From assembly GCF_000281045.1 (NCBI RefSeq), contig NW_008246096.1:287727-348454 (forward strand): a stretch of DNA of 60,728 nucleotides, given 5' to 3'. The notes under the pieces are model-generated. The model saw only the letters and a program-made list of their open reading frames with translations. It did not search any database and was not told where the DNA came from. The DNA is from Saprolegnia diclina VS20 (lineage: Eukaryota). Positions 25,478-37,812 of the stretch are shown piece after piece; positions within the stretch are counted from its first letter, which is position 1; each line of letters opens with the position of its first letter. The translations under genes and the position numbers were made by a program.

Positions 25478-28400
25478 CTACGTATGGCCCTTGGCGGCCA
25501 TGCCCTGAATCGACTCGAGAGGCGGGCGGTACATCTTGGGCAGCATCTTGCGCTGGAGTGCGTTGAACGAGTACTTTGGTGCGCCAATGTTTTTTTGCGC
25601 AATCTCAATCCGCGTGCCGCGCGCCCGCATGACGTTGGCGATCGGTTTGACAAGCGCTTCAACGTCCTTCGTCATCGATGACGTGGCGTGCACGCGGCGC
25701 ATCTGGTCGAGCGTGATCGACATGGCCGTGCGGTCCTTCCCGCTCTTGCAAAACGTGACGCGGCCGCCGTTGAGGCACCGAACGACGTCCGAGGCTTCGA
25801 GCAGTAGCCGCGTGTTTTTGGTCGCTGCCGCTTTGGTTTCGGCCTCCAGTAGCGTCGTGAGTGTCTGCAGCGCCGCTTTGGGCGCCGACCCTTCCAAGTG
25901 CACGTGCTCCTCCATGGCCGTGTAGCTGGCAGCGTAGGCTTGCAGCGTCTAGCATCATCATTACTACCACATGCAAGCCGAAGATGTAGTTACCTTGAAC
26001 GCCTTCTGGTTGACCTTGTGCTGGAGGTCCCAGCCGGTCGTCCCCATCATGTTGGCCAGCGATTGCATCTCGTTGATGCCTTGGGTAAAGAGAACGGGCA
26101 CCACCGCAATTGTCGCGCCTGTTTGAAGCGGCCCGGGCAACGCGACGAGCGTCGAGGACGGCAGGGGGACGTGGATGACGTAGCCCTTGCCGTCATGGGC
26201 CGGCGTGAGGCGAATGCGGGACGTCTCGGTCTGCCCCTCAAACTGAAACACAAAGCGTTCCAGTGTCTTGATCGCGACCCACGCGTCCGAGAGCATGCGG
26301 AGTTCATGGCCTTGCGACGACACGAGCGACTCCCACTGCACGAGAAACCCGATCGCCGTCCATTGGCGCAGAATGGCCATGCCATCGCGCGTCGACGGAC
26401 TCAGTGCCAGCTCGAGCTGCGCAAGAAACGTCGTGACAAGGACGCTGAGCGACTGCGACACGCAGAGGATCTTGCGGTACATGTAGGCGTGTTTGGCAGC
26501 ATCAAAGCTCGCCGCGTCCACCGCTGTCATCATGGCGTCCTCCAGATCCAAGAGCCCGTGCTTGTCGAGACCCAAGGCGTGGGCCGTCGGCGCGCCGCAG
26601 CTCACGGTAGCCGTGACCGCGTCTTGGACGTCGAGCGTCACGGCCGGGAGGTCGAGCCCCGAGAGCGACGACGCGCGGAAGCTGGACGCGCCCGTGCTGA
26701 ACCGACGCACGGGCGACTCGGCAAACGTCCGAAAGTACGAGAGGTGGAGGTTGGTCGCCAATGGCTGCACGAGCAGCTCCTTCTTCTCTTTCGACGAGCG
26801 AAACCACTTGCTGGAGGCGTCCCGGTCCGCCACGTCCTCCATCATCTTTTCCAAGTCGGCGAGGTACCCGTCGAGGTTGGCAACGTGCTTGGCGAGCGTC
26901 TCGATCGGAATCGGCGCGCCGTCCGGCTCGGTGCGGATGTGCGAGTGCTTGTTGCGCTTCCGGAGCTCGTGGTCCTTGGCCTTGTCCGCCAGGCGAAACA
27001 TCGGGGTTTGGTCGACGGCCCCGAGCGCAGTCTCACTCACGAGCCCAAACTTGGCTTTCGAACACTTGATGCGGACTTGGATGTGGACTTCACCGACGGG
27101 GTCAACACCACCGAGCATCGAGCGCCGGTCGCCGCGCGGGTAGATGGGCACCCAGTCGTCAACGTCAAAGACGTACTCGGCGTCCGGGTCGGGCAGACTC
27201 GTGTCGGGGTTCATCGACGTCGATTTGAGTTTGAGAATGCGCCACGGTACAATGACATGGCCAATTGGCACGTCCATGACCTTGGCAATGGCTTCGTGGT
27301 AGACGCTAAACTGAACGACGCCCTTGGAGTTGCACACGCGGTGCGACGGTCGGTAGATCGAGTACGACGACGCGGGCTTCTTCGGGCCGTCGCCGCTGAG
27401 CGACGTCGCCATCTTCTTCATCTGCGGCGACGTCGACGCGACCGACGTCCGGCGGTGCGTACCCCACACTGGGTTGCACGTCGCCATTTCGGTGCGCGTG
27501 CGGCCAACGTCCTGCATGGGCGTGGCTGGGTACGGCGCATCCGGCCCGGCCTCGGGCTTGTCGGTCTCGCCAAACGAGATGCGAATGAACGGGTTGATGG
27601 CCGTGGGCGTGGGCGATGTCACCGTCGTCGCTGCCGTGTTGGGCGACATGCCCGTGGACGTCGGCGCCGGTGCCGTTGGTGGTGTCGTTGTCGTCGTCGG
27701 TGGCGGGAGCACGTCGAGCTTGAGGTTGCGGGCCTCCAACACCGCGACGTGAAAGACGTCGCAGCCCGCCGCGAGCGCATCGTCGTCCGAGTCGAAGATC
27801 AGCTGCCGCTTGCGCTCGTTCTCGCAGCGCACGTGCCAGAGCTCGGTAAACATTTGCAGCTCGGCGTGCATGTGCTTGAGGAAGAGCTTGGGAATGCGCG
27901 TATGGTACCCGACCTCCATGATCTCCTCGGCCACGCGACGCGGCCCCAGCGTCGTCGACGGAAACGAGTACGTCTGCATGAGGTGGTGCTGCGTCGGGAT
28001 GAGCGGGTGCGCCAGTGGTCGGATACGTGCGACCGTGAGCACGATCGCAGGATCTTTTGCGCCGAGCATCGCAGGGCTCGAGATCGTGGGCGGCGTGGTA
28101 TGGCCTTTCCGCAGCGTCAACGGTATGTAGATGACGGGCGCGCCGAGGCGAACCTGGCTGGCCAAGTAGCGCATCGCGACCACGCACGACGCGATCGAGA
28201 GCTTGTCCTGGACGCGCACGAGCGAGATATGGACCACGTCCTCGACGCTCGTCGATGCCAGCGGCAGCTCAATGCCAAGGACGAACGACGGGTTGCTGCT
28301 CTTGGTGATCTCGGTCTCGTACATGCGCAGCGAGCTCGGCGCGCCGGCGATCGTGGCTTGCGAGAGGTGCTCGATAAGCAGCTGGCACTCGGGCACGTCG

Positions 28401-28513
28401 GGCGACTGCCCACGCAGCGAGGCCAAGGCGCCTTGGAGGAAGCTCTGCGGTGGGCCGCGGGCGTTGACGTTGCTGACGGCGCAGAAGAAGCTCACGACAA
28501 GGTCGTCGGCCAT
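25478..28513 (-). CDS. Inositol polyphosphate 4-phosphatase (INPP4-like) with C2-like domains, paralog A
   Basis: Catalytic CX5R motif CKSGKDRT, preceded by PVLFTQGINEMQSLAN and CGAPTAH, and followed by KYSFNALQRKMLPKMYRPP. One intron at ~25937-25993. Confidence 0.9.
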
Positions 28514-28860
28514 CGCGGGGCAAAAGTGCAAACTGGCCGAATGCACTTGGTCGTTCTGCCGTCAAATAAAATACATTTTCCAATTAAATGCAAATTAATT
28601 TAAACAATTTCGATTAAAATACGACCGAAAGGCGTGCGCGTCGAATTAAATCACGACCCGTCGACAAGCAATGGCAGAGCGCCGTGCTGATACAAACCGT
28701 TCCTCGCAGACGGCCGAGCAGATTGGGGGGGTAACGAATGTATTGGTGCCCCGCCTGCCCAGTGGTGGGCGAGGTGGGTTAGCTAATTTGCTACGGGCTG
28801 CAAAATGCGGAATGATCAGAGCGGGGCCGCTCAGTGCCTTGGCTTGTTTTGCTGCTTGGA

Positions 28861-28892
28861 CTTCTGTCCTTCTGTGCTTCTGTTCTTCTGTT
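28861..28892. repeat. Short tandem repeat (CTTCTGTN)x4
   Basis: cttctgtc cttctgtg cttctgtt cttctgtt in the intergenic region between divergent INPP4 genes. Confidence 0.6.
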
Positions 28893-29904
28893 GTTCGTGA
28901 CTGCTCGTCCCATCGCGCGCAAAACCTCTTTCTCTTCTTGAAAATGGTCCGACTGGTGCGTCGATGCCCACAACGTCGTCGCACCCGTTCGCTGGCACCA
29001 CCTGGTGGCAACAACGCGGCGACCGTGTACACGGCTGCGGCAAGGGTCCACAGCTTTCACGTCCAAGGCGGTATGAAAATCACGGTCCATCCAAAGGGCG
29101 GCTAGGGTACACCACATTACCCACCGTCAATACGTCGAGGTCATCAGTAGAGAGGCCGCAGCATCATGCGTCAAGATGGATGGACGCGCGATCTGGCGCG
29201 GGATGAGTTGCTCCTCGAGTCGTCTCGAGCTCGAAATTCAGTGCAAGTAACGAGCGGGCGCATTGAATTTTATTTTGCAGCGTATTTTAAAGTTTCATAA
29301 AAATAAAAATTTCATAATAAAAGACGCACCGGCGTGTCATGGACACTCGCTTGGGTTGTAGCCGGTCGAACCGACGACCCGCTCATCGGCGCCACCGACT
29401 TGGCGGCTGTAGAGAGTGTGCATGTGGTGGCTGGCGACTCGACCAAGCATGCGAATCTGGTGGCAGTTGCTAGTCGTTGGCTCGGCAGCATAGCGGCGGC
29501 GCCAGTGCAGATGCTACTCGCTCCCGTTCTTCTTCTGGACGTGGCTTCCACTGCTGAGGTCCTTCTGCAGCAACGGTATTCACTGGCATTTTTCAGCGCC
29601 ATGACGCACCCTGCGTAGGGACTGGTAGCGCACCGCGTGTCGAGCACGGGTGGTACCTCAAGGAGTTGGGACGGTCGATGACCAGAGTACTTAGTGGGGA
29701 AAATGACACATTGACCAACTTGAAATGTGTATGGCAGCCGGCGTGGACGGTTTCTCATTGGATCTATATCTTTGGGTTTCTCCACCAATCCGGGGTTGTT
29801 TGCTACTGTACGCCATGCGGATTGGTGGAAAAGAAATGTATTTGGCCAATTGAAGCGCGGAGGCATCGAGTGCAAGCTTCCGTTTTCATTTTCGTGAGCG
29901 GTCC

Positions 29905-32900
29905 ATGGCATCGAACGACGATATCTTCAGCCTCTTTGGCGCGCCGCCGCCGCCCGTCAAGCCGACCCGGACGACGCCGCCGGTCCAGCCGCTCTCGCTG
30001 CCCAAGAACTTTGGCAGCGCGCGGCAGAGCCTCTCGACGCTCTCGGTCACGTTCTTTGCGTCGTGCTCAGAGCTGCATCTGCCGACGGTCAACAGCACGG
30101 CGCAGAACGTCTTGCGCGGCGCCATGTCGGTGCTGGGCACGGCAGGTGGAAAGGCCAAGCTGCCCGAGTGCGCGATCCAGGTCGAGGTCAAGGCGGCGAA
30201 CCGGACGCCGCTGCCGCACGCACCACGCTACACGACCGAGAAGGTGCGGAGCCGCAATCCGGCCTTTGTCATTGGCCTCACGCTCGAGCTGCCGGCGACG
30301 ACGCCGCCCGACTCGCTCGTGTGCTTCAACGTCGTCTTGACCGAGGAAGGTGCAAACGGCAAGGTCGTCGCCCACACCGACGTCTCGTGGCTGCATTTGC
30401 TACAAAACTACGAGCACGGTGCCTCGTCGGTCTACTTGCCGCTCACGTCGACCGTCACCGACGCGGCCGTCCTCACACTTCGCTTTGCACGCGTCGCGCC
30501 GCTCTCGCATGCGCTTCTCGAGACGCAGAACGAGATCATCCGATGCTACGCGTTCCCGTCAACGACCAACCCGCTGCACTTGCCGACGCTCGTGAGCGAA
30601 GAGCTGGCCGAGGTTGGGCCCAGCGTGCAAATGCCGCTCCTCTTCCTTCGCCACTGCCGCCGCGAGCTCGAGGGCGCCTACCACCTCTGGCGCGTGCGCT
30701 ACAACAACGCGCGGAAGCGGCTCAAGCACTTTGCCGACGGCGACGATGCGATGCGCAACGGCTGTGACGTCTTCCGCGTCTCGGTCGTCGCCGCACGCAA
30801 CCTATTGGTGCCAGTCGCCAACGTGCCGCGCAAGACGTCGCCGGTGCGTCCGCCCAACCCGCTAAGCCCGCGCGAGATGCTAAAGAAGCAATACTCGCCC
30901 AAGCGCGGCTCTTCGGCGGAGGATGCGCTGACACCGCGCTGTGGCGTGCACCCGTTCGTGATGGTGCTCTTCAACGAGACCGAGTCGGCGGCAACGCCCC
31001 TGCAGCAAAGCCCATGGCATCTCGTCGGCCGCACCAACACCGAGTACGAGTCGCTCTCGCCGCGATTTGGCAGCAACCAAAACGTCCACCTGTGTCCGCA
31101 TGGCGTAGCAGCCACCAAGCACTGCGTGGCGTCGTCGCTGCATACGAAAGCCGACGTCGAGGGCAAGCCAGGGTCCAAGCAAACGTTCCTCTCGTGGTTT
31201 CGGCCGTCGCGCCACCAAGTGCTCTCGGGCGCGCTGCAGTGGGATGTCTACGGCGAGGCTGAGAATGAGGGCCAAAGCGCAGTCGAAGTCGGCCAAGTGT
31301 TTATCTCGCTCAACGACTTGCGCCCGCTCATGACGCCCGAGACGCGCAACGTGGTGCCGAATGGCCTCTCGCTGCACACGGCCATGTGGGTCCCAATCCT
31401 CAACCGGCAGCAGCAACCGGTGGGCGAGCTCTACTTGGACTTGCAGATTCGATTGACGTCGCTTCCGTTTGTGCTCGAGTCGGAACACAACACGCACGCG
31501 TCCAAGCCCGGGCAGGCGAAAGCAGACGACACGCCGCTCTTCCGCCTTGCGTCGTCGACGGTACGTAGCTCTCGCGATAACCCAACATCGACAACGATGT
31601 AGATGGACCGCGCACTGCGCGAAACCATGGCGATCCCGAGCGACCAAGAACACTACTCGATCGGGTTCCTCCACGCCCACGTCATGGAGCTCGATCGCCA
31701 AGTGAAGGAGCTCGCCGCCATGATCCGCACGGCCGAGACCCGCCAGAGCCAGCGCATCTGGTTCAAAGGCAGTGGCGACAAGAAGAAGCGCGACGTGCAG
31801 GCGTTCCCGACCAACTTGCACGTGTCGTATCTGCGCAAGTACGCGTGGCCCGCAGCCTCGCCCCGTCCGAACGTCCACGCCGAGCCGAGCCAGTTTGACT
31901 TGCTGGGGCTGCACGATGACATACCGCCCGCTGTTGCAGCGACGCCACCGCCGAGCATGGTAGCCAAGTCCCATAGTACTCTGGTGCGATGCTTGATTGG
32001 CGTAGGAGAACCCCACGTTGATGACGTACGCGACCGTCACGTGTGGCGCCCCGACAGCCCACGCGCTGGGGCTGGACGACCAAGGGCTCATCGGTCTCGA
32101 GGACAAGCTCGTGCGCGTCAAGACGCAGATCGCGCTGGTCGCCAACGGCGTCAAGAACCTCCATAGCAACGTCATGGTCGAAGGGGGCGTCAAGACGTTC
32201 GAGCGACCGGTGCTCGTGCCGGTCGACGATGCCGACGACGTCAGTAGCACCGACACCGAGCACGCGGCCGCCGAGAAGCACGACGAGTCGACCGAGGCCA
32301 AGGCTGCGAGCTGGTCGCTGGCCGCAAAAGCGCGCAAGACGATGACCAAGACGCTGGGCACGCGCTTGACGCGGCACCCGAGCGACGAGACGATTGCGCC
32401 GTCGGCCCTTGCGCTCCGTGAGACGTTTGAAGCGTGCAAGTACCAGTACTACTTTCGCAAATGCATCTGCGTCTCGCAGGCCGTCTCGGCGCTCGTGACG
32501 TCGTTCTTGGCCTCACTCGAGCTGCACATGGAAGCGTCGCCCGAGATCCTCCACCAGTGGGCGTCCGTCGGGTACCTCATTGGCTGGGAGAGCTTGATCT
32601 CGTCGCAGGGCAAGGAGCTCACGATGCTCTCCGATGCGTGGGCAACCATCAAGTGCCTCGAGCGCTTTGCGTTCCAGCTCGACGACGCGATCGAGACGCT
32701 GATGCTCGAAGAGACGGGCGCCAACCACGAAGGCTACGTGATTCGTATTCCGTGCCTCGGTGCCCCGAAGGACCTCGGGCTCATTCGGGTTACGTCGGTC
32801 CTCTTCACCCAAGGCATCAACGAGATGCAGTCGCTGGCCAACATGGTGGGCACGTCGGGCGTCGAGCTCCAAAGCACGATCAACAACGCGAGCTTTCAGA

Positions 32901-33406
32901 CGCTGCAGCAATACCACGCCAAGTACCTCGCGCTCAACGTCGAGTCGGACCGGACGACCGCGCAGCTGCTGCTCGATCCGCTCATGGCCGTCGTCCAAGC
33001 CGAGAACGCGGCGGCGAAGAACACGCGCATCCTCCTCGAGGCGTCGGACGCGGTGCGCCGCATGAACGGCGGCCGCGTGACGTACTGCAAGAGCGGGAAG
33101 GACCGCACCGCCATGTCGGTCACGCTCGACCAAGCGCGCGTGCTCTTCAAGCGCGCGAACGTGCAAAACCCGTTTTTGGTCACGTCGCCGACGCACGCGT
33201 CCCAAGAGATGGTCTCGAGCGACGAACTTGCCGCCGCGAACCTCATGCGCGAGTACGGCGTGCGCATCGCCGTCGCCAAGAAGAACGTCGGGCGCCCAAA
33301 GTACTCGTTCAACTCGATCCAGCGCAAGCTCTTGCCCGAGTTGTACCGGCCGCCGACATCGACGATCCAGGACATGGTCACGTCTGTGACCGCGCGCGAC
33401 TCGTAA
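29905..33406 (+). CDS. Inositol polyphosphate 4-phosphatase (INPP4-like), paralog B
   Basis: ORFs 29905, 31603 and 32018 joined by introns (~31561-31602, ~31960-32005). Motifs CGAPTAH, LFTQGINEMQSLAN, YCKSGKDRT. Confidence 0.9.
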
Positions 33407-33459
33407 GCACGCAATATCCATATCTCATATTGCAATCGGATGTTGATACATTGATACAT

Positions 33460-36400
33460 TTACGAATCGTCGACGTCGTGCGAGCCCTGGATCGCGGCGT
33501 GCGACGGACGGTAGATCTTCGGAAGGCACTTGCGCTGGAGGCTGTTGAACGAGTAGCGCGCTTGGCCGACGTTCTTCTTGGCGACTTCGATGCGCACGCC
33601 GTACTCGCGCATGAGGTTCGCGATCGGTTTGATCTCAAGCCACTCTTTCTCCATCGTCGACTCCTTCATGAGGACCGTGGCTTGCTTCCACGTGCTGCCG
33701 AGGATGCGCGCTTGGTCCAGCGTGACCGACATGGCGGTGCGGTCCTTCCCGCTCTTGCAAAACGTGACGCGGCCGCCGTTCATGCGCCGCACATTGTCGG
33801 ACGCTTCGAGGAGGATGCGCGTGTTCTTCTTCTCCGTGCTGCCGATCAACGTCGCGAGCGGCTCGAGACGCAAGGACGCGCAGCTGTGGACGAGCCCGGG
33901 GCTGCTGTTGAGACTCGCGAGGTACTTCTGCAGCGCCTACGTCCACTGTCACAAAGGTCCCTCGATAGACAAGGCGAGGGTACCTTGAGCGACTTTTCAT
34001 TGACGCGCGTCTGGAGTTCAATGCCCTGCGCGCCGACTGCGTTGGCCAGTGTCTGCATCTCGTTGATGCCTTGGGTGAAGAGCACTGCGGTCACCGAGAT
34101 GAGCTGACCGTCTTGGAGCGCTGGCGGAAGCGAGCCAAAGTGCACCGATGGCATGGGCAAGTCGAGAACGTAGCCGTCGTCGCGCTCGCGCAGCTCCATC
34201 TCGACGTCGCCCGAGACGAGGCGGATCGCAAAGCGCTCGAGCGACTTGACGGCGACCCACGCGTCCGAGAGCATGCGGAGCTCCTTGCCCTGCGTTGAGA
34301 CGAGCGACTCCCACCCGAGAAGGAAGCCGACGGTGGCCCACTGCGCCATGATGGCGTCGTGGTTGGGCACCATGCGCTGCACGCACAGCTCGAGCTGCGT
34401 CATGAACGTCGTGACGAGCACGCTCAGCGCTTGCGAGACACACACGGCTTTCCGGAGACCGTACTCGGTCTTGACGCGCACCATGTTCTTCTCGCACGCG
34501 AGCAGCGACTCCTCCATCTCGATGAGACCGCCCTTGGAGAGCCCGAGGCTGTGGGCCGTCGGCGCGCCGCACGTGACTGTCGAGTACGTCACGTCAACCT
34601 CGAGCATGTCCTGGAGCTCCAAGACAGCGATATCGTCGAGCGACGTCGAGTCGAGGCGGCTCAGGAACGCCGACATGTCGGTGCCCGGCACGATCGACGC
34701 TTCGGCTTCGCGCACGACCGGCGACGGACCGCGAAAGAGTCGAAAGTAGGCGACGTGCAAGTTGGTCGCGAGCGGCTGCACCTCGGCCTTGGTCTTGTCC
34801 ATGCTCGAGCGGAACCACTCGTCCGCGTGGTCGTGGTTGTAGTTGATCCACTGACCGAGCTGCGCGAGCGACCCTTCAAGGGCGTCGACTTCGTCTCGGA
34901 GCTCAGGAATCGTGAGCGGCTTGGCCGACTCGGCGGCAGCGAGCTTGTTCTGCCACGTCTTGTCGCGCACGGGGTCGGCGAGCTTGAACAGCGTGCCGTG
35001 GATCCCCGGGATGGTGTCTTCGGGCTCGAGAAGAAAGGGCAACGTCGTGCGTTTGAGCTGGATGCGCAAGAGAATCTCGCCGCGGACGTCGCCGGTCGGC
35101 GAGAGAACGGGCAGCCACTTGGTGACGTTGATGGCGTACACGTCGTTGGAGCCTTCGTACAAGATGGCCTTGATGGGCACGAGCACTTGGCCAATGTCGA
35201 TCTGGCCATCGTGGTGGCTCACACACTCGCTCGCGACATCAAACTGCAGCACGCGCTCGAGCGCATGGTTGCTGCTGTGGCCGTCGGCGTTGACGGGCGA
35301 CGGGCGGTAGAACACAAAGTTTTGGTTCTTCTTGCTCGAGCTCGTGCTCACGGGCGAGTGGCCATTGCTGTTGGAGCGAGACCGACGGGGCGTGCTCCCG
35401 TCCTTCTTACTGGGCTCGCTTGGTGTCTTGGGCTTGGTGTCGAGGACGATGTTGGCGGCCCAGTTGGGCTCGGACGTGTTGGCTTCGACGTTGGTCTTGC
35501 CTTCGGAGATCTCGATCGGCCGCTTGCCCTTTGTCGTCTCGCGGAATTTGACCATGACGAACGGGTTGAGCGTGATGCTGCCCGCGTCGTTCGCCCCCGA
35601 TGCCGACGACGACGACCGGCTCGTGCGCGTCGGCGCCATCGGCGGGAGGTTCGGTGGCAGCTTGAGCCCGCGGCCGCTAATGACCTCGATCGCGTACACA
35701 TCGCAGCCGCTCGCAAGCGCTTCTTCGTCGGACGCAAAGTCCATGGCGGACTTGCGGGCGTTCTTGTACCGGACCGTCCAGAGGCGGTGCATGGCCTCAG
35801 TCTCCTTGTACGCTTGGTGCAGCAAGAGCGGGGGTACGGACGCGTGGTACCCGACTTCAAGGACCTCTTCGGTCGCGACCAGCGTCCGCTTGGAGCGGAT
35901 CTCCTTGGCGTCCTTCTCCGGGTTGAGCGAGTACATGTGGAGGAGCATGTTTTGCGTGGGCACGACTGAGTGCTTGACCGGGAAGACGCGGCCAAATGTG
36001 AGGCTCAAGATCGCATCCGATGTGCCCGTCATCGCCAGCGGCATATGCACGACGGGCGAGCCCTGGCGGAAGCTCTCGAGGAGCGTGGCGCACGAGATTT
36101 CACCGCGCGCGACGATCTTCTCGAGGCCAACGTCGGTCTGCTGGACACGAAAGTAGAGCGAGTACGAGGCCGCTGACCCCCGCGGCGTCTTGGTCGAGAG
36201 CGGGATCGGGATCGTAAAGCCCATCGTGTACGACGGGTTGCGCGACCGGCGCGGCTCGGTGGCCTGCGCGTGCACGACAATGTTGTCGGTCGGTCGACGC
36301 ATCTCGACTTCGACCTTGCATTCGGGCGTCGACGCCTCCGAGTTCTTCTTCTTGAAGACCGACTGGAAGAACGACTGCGGCAGCGCCGGCAGGTGCAAGT

Positions 36401-36809
36401 TGGTACACGACGCAAAGAGCGTAATGAGCTCCTTCCGGATCGGCCGCTCCGAGTCGGTGCGCGACATGGTCATGCGCTTGAGTGGCGGCTTGACGAGGAG
36501 CGGCGCAGCCACTGGCGCGGTTTCTGGCACGGCGACTGACGTGGCCTCGAGCGTACTAACTGACACGGGCGCAGGGACTGGCGTGACCTCGGGCGTACAG
36601 ACTGTCTCGGGCGCAGGGGCTGGCGTGGCCTCGGGTGCGTCGAGTGGCGTGGCCTCTGTCAAAGTGACGGACTTGGCCTCAGACGCCACCGGTGCAGCTG
36701 CGTCCTCTGCAGGCGCTCCAGCAGGCAGCGTCACGTCAATGGGCGCGGGCGGCGCCAAGGCGACGGTCGGCGCGTCGGCGATGGGCGTCGGTTCCTCGTG
36801 CGTCGCCAT
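33460..36809 (-). CDS. Inositol polyphosphate 4-phosphatase (INPP4-like), paralog C, with Pro/Ala/Glu/Thr-rich N-terminus
   Basis: Start MATHEEPTP at 36809; CGAPTAH, LFTQGINEMQTLAN, FCKSGKDRT, RYSFNSLQRKCLPKIYRP. One intron near 33937-33983. Confidence 0.9.
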
Positions 36810-37607
36810 GATCGAGAACGGGAAATGGGCCAACTTCGTCAATTCGGTGACGAATTTTAATAATATTTGGATTTAAATATTCGCGCACGGAATAAAATTC
36901 AGTGCTAACGCCAGCATGTGGCTTTGGTGACTGAATAAAAAGACACTGCACGCTCGTAAATTAATATAGTCCTCACAACCGCGCACGCGAGCTCAAATCG
37001 CCAAGGCGGCGGCGTAGCAACCGAGCAACCGAACGGCCGAGCCCACGGGCTTGCTCCTGCTGCCAGGACGCTGCATGCGGTTGACGCCGCAGACCGCAGA
37101 TGCGAAGAAGCCGCGAGCAACTGCACCGCGCTGTGCGTCGCATGCCCTTGCGATAGGTCCCACGCTCGGAACATGTGCGACGGGGGCACATGACGTGACG
37201 CCGAGCCACCGAGTGCACGTGGCACCGCTCACACTGCGCCGCTCTGGATCGCTTATCGAGCGCTGAACCAAGCAGCCACAAGGCCAGGATGCGATGCGAG
37301 ACCACTTTGGCCATGGCCACGAACGTAGCCCATGCATGACGGCATGACGGGCACACGGTGTACCGTAGTACAGTTCACAGCGTGGTGCTTGGGATACTGT
37401 GCTTGAAGTGGTGGTCGACCTCGACAACCCGGTGGCAGAGACACCCATGTCCGCACCCGGTGTATGTCTGTCGCACAGCTCCAAGACAATGCTGTACAAA
37501 GTGCGGCTGCAATGTCTTGCCGTCGTTGGCACGCCTGCACAACGTGTCCGCGCCTGCGACGACGCCCACCGACGCTCTGGTGGCATGGACATGCAGCCGA
37601 CCTCGTG

Positions 37608-37608
<1 letters not shown>

Positions 37609-37680
<72 letters not shown>
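37609..37680. repeat. (ATCT)18 tetranucleotide microsatellite
   Basis: Perfect ATCT/GATA run of 72 bp. Confidence 0.97.
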
Positions 37681-37681
<1 letters not shown>

Positions 37682-37812
37682 CTGGCATGGCCAGTGGAGG
37701 TCTTGCCTCCGCGGTGCTAGCATCTCGCTTTGTCAACGCGGATGTCCAAGCGATACTTGTCATCGATCCACCCTCTCTCTTGTGTGTGGTGTGTTATCTA
37801 ATGGTCGTATGT

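Noticed and set aside
25898..28603. 901-aa plus-strand ORF
   Set aside because: Antisense shadow of INPP4 paralog A; no domain-like sequence.
32434..35969. Long ORFs 32434-34107 and 34359-35969 (+)
   Set aside because: Alternative-frame or antisense shadows of INPP4 B and C.
36490..36770. Degenerate repeats encoding PEATP/PEVTP/LEATS in the INPP4 C N-terminus
   Set aside because: Ordinary low-complexity coding repeats; not a CRISPR array or mobile element.
36993..37592. Minus-strand ORF with kinase-like fragment YSIVLELCD
   Set aside because: No other protein kinase motifs (HRD, DFG, APE) found nearby; too weak to call.
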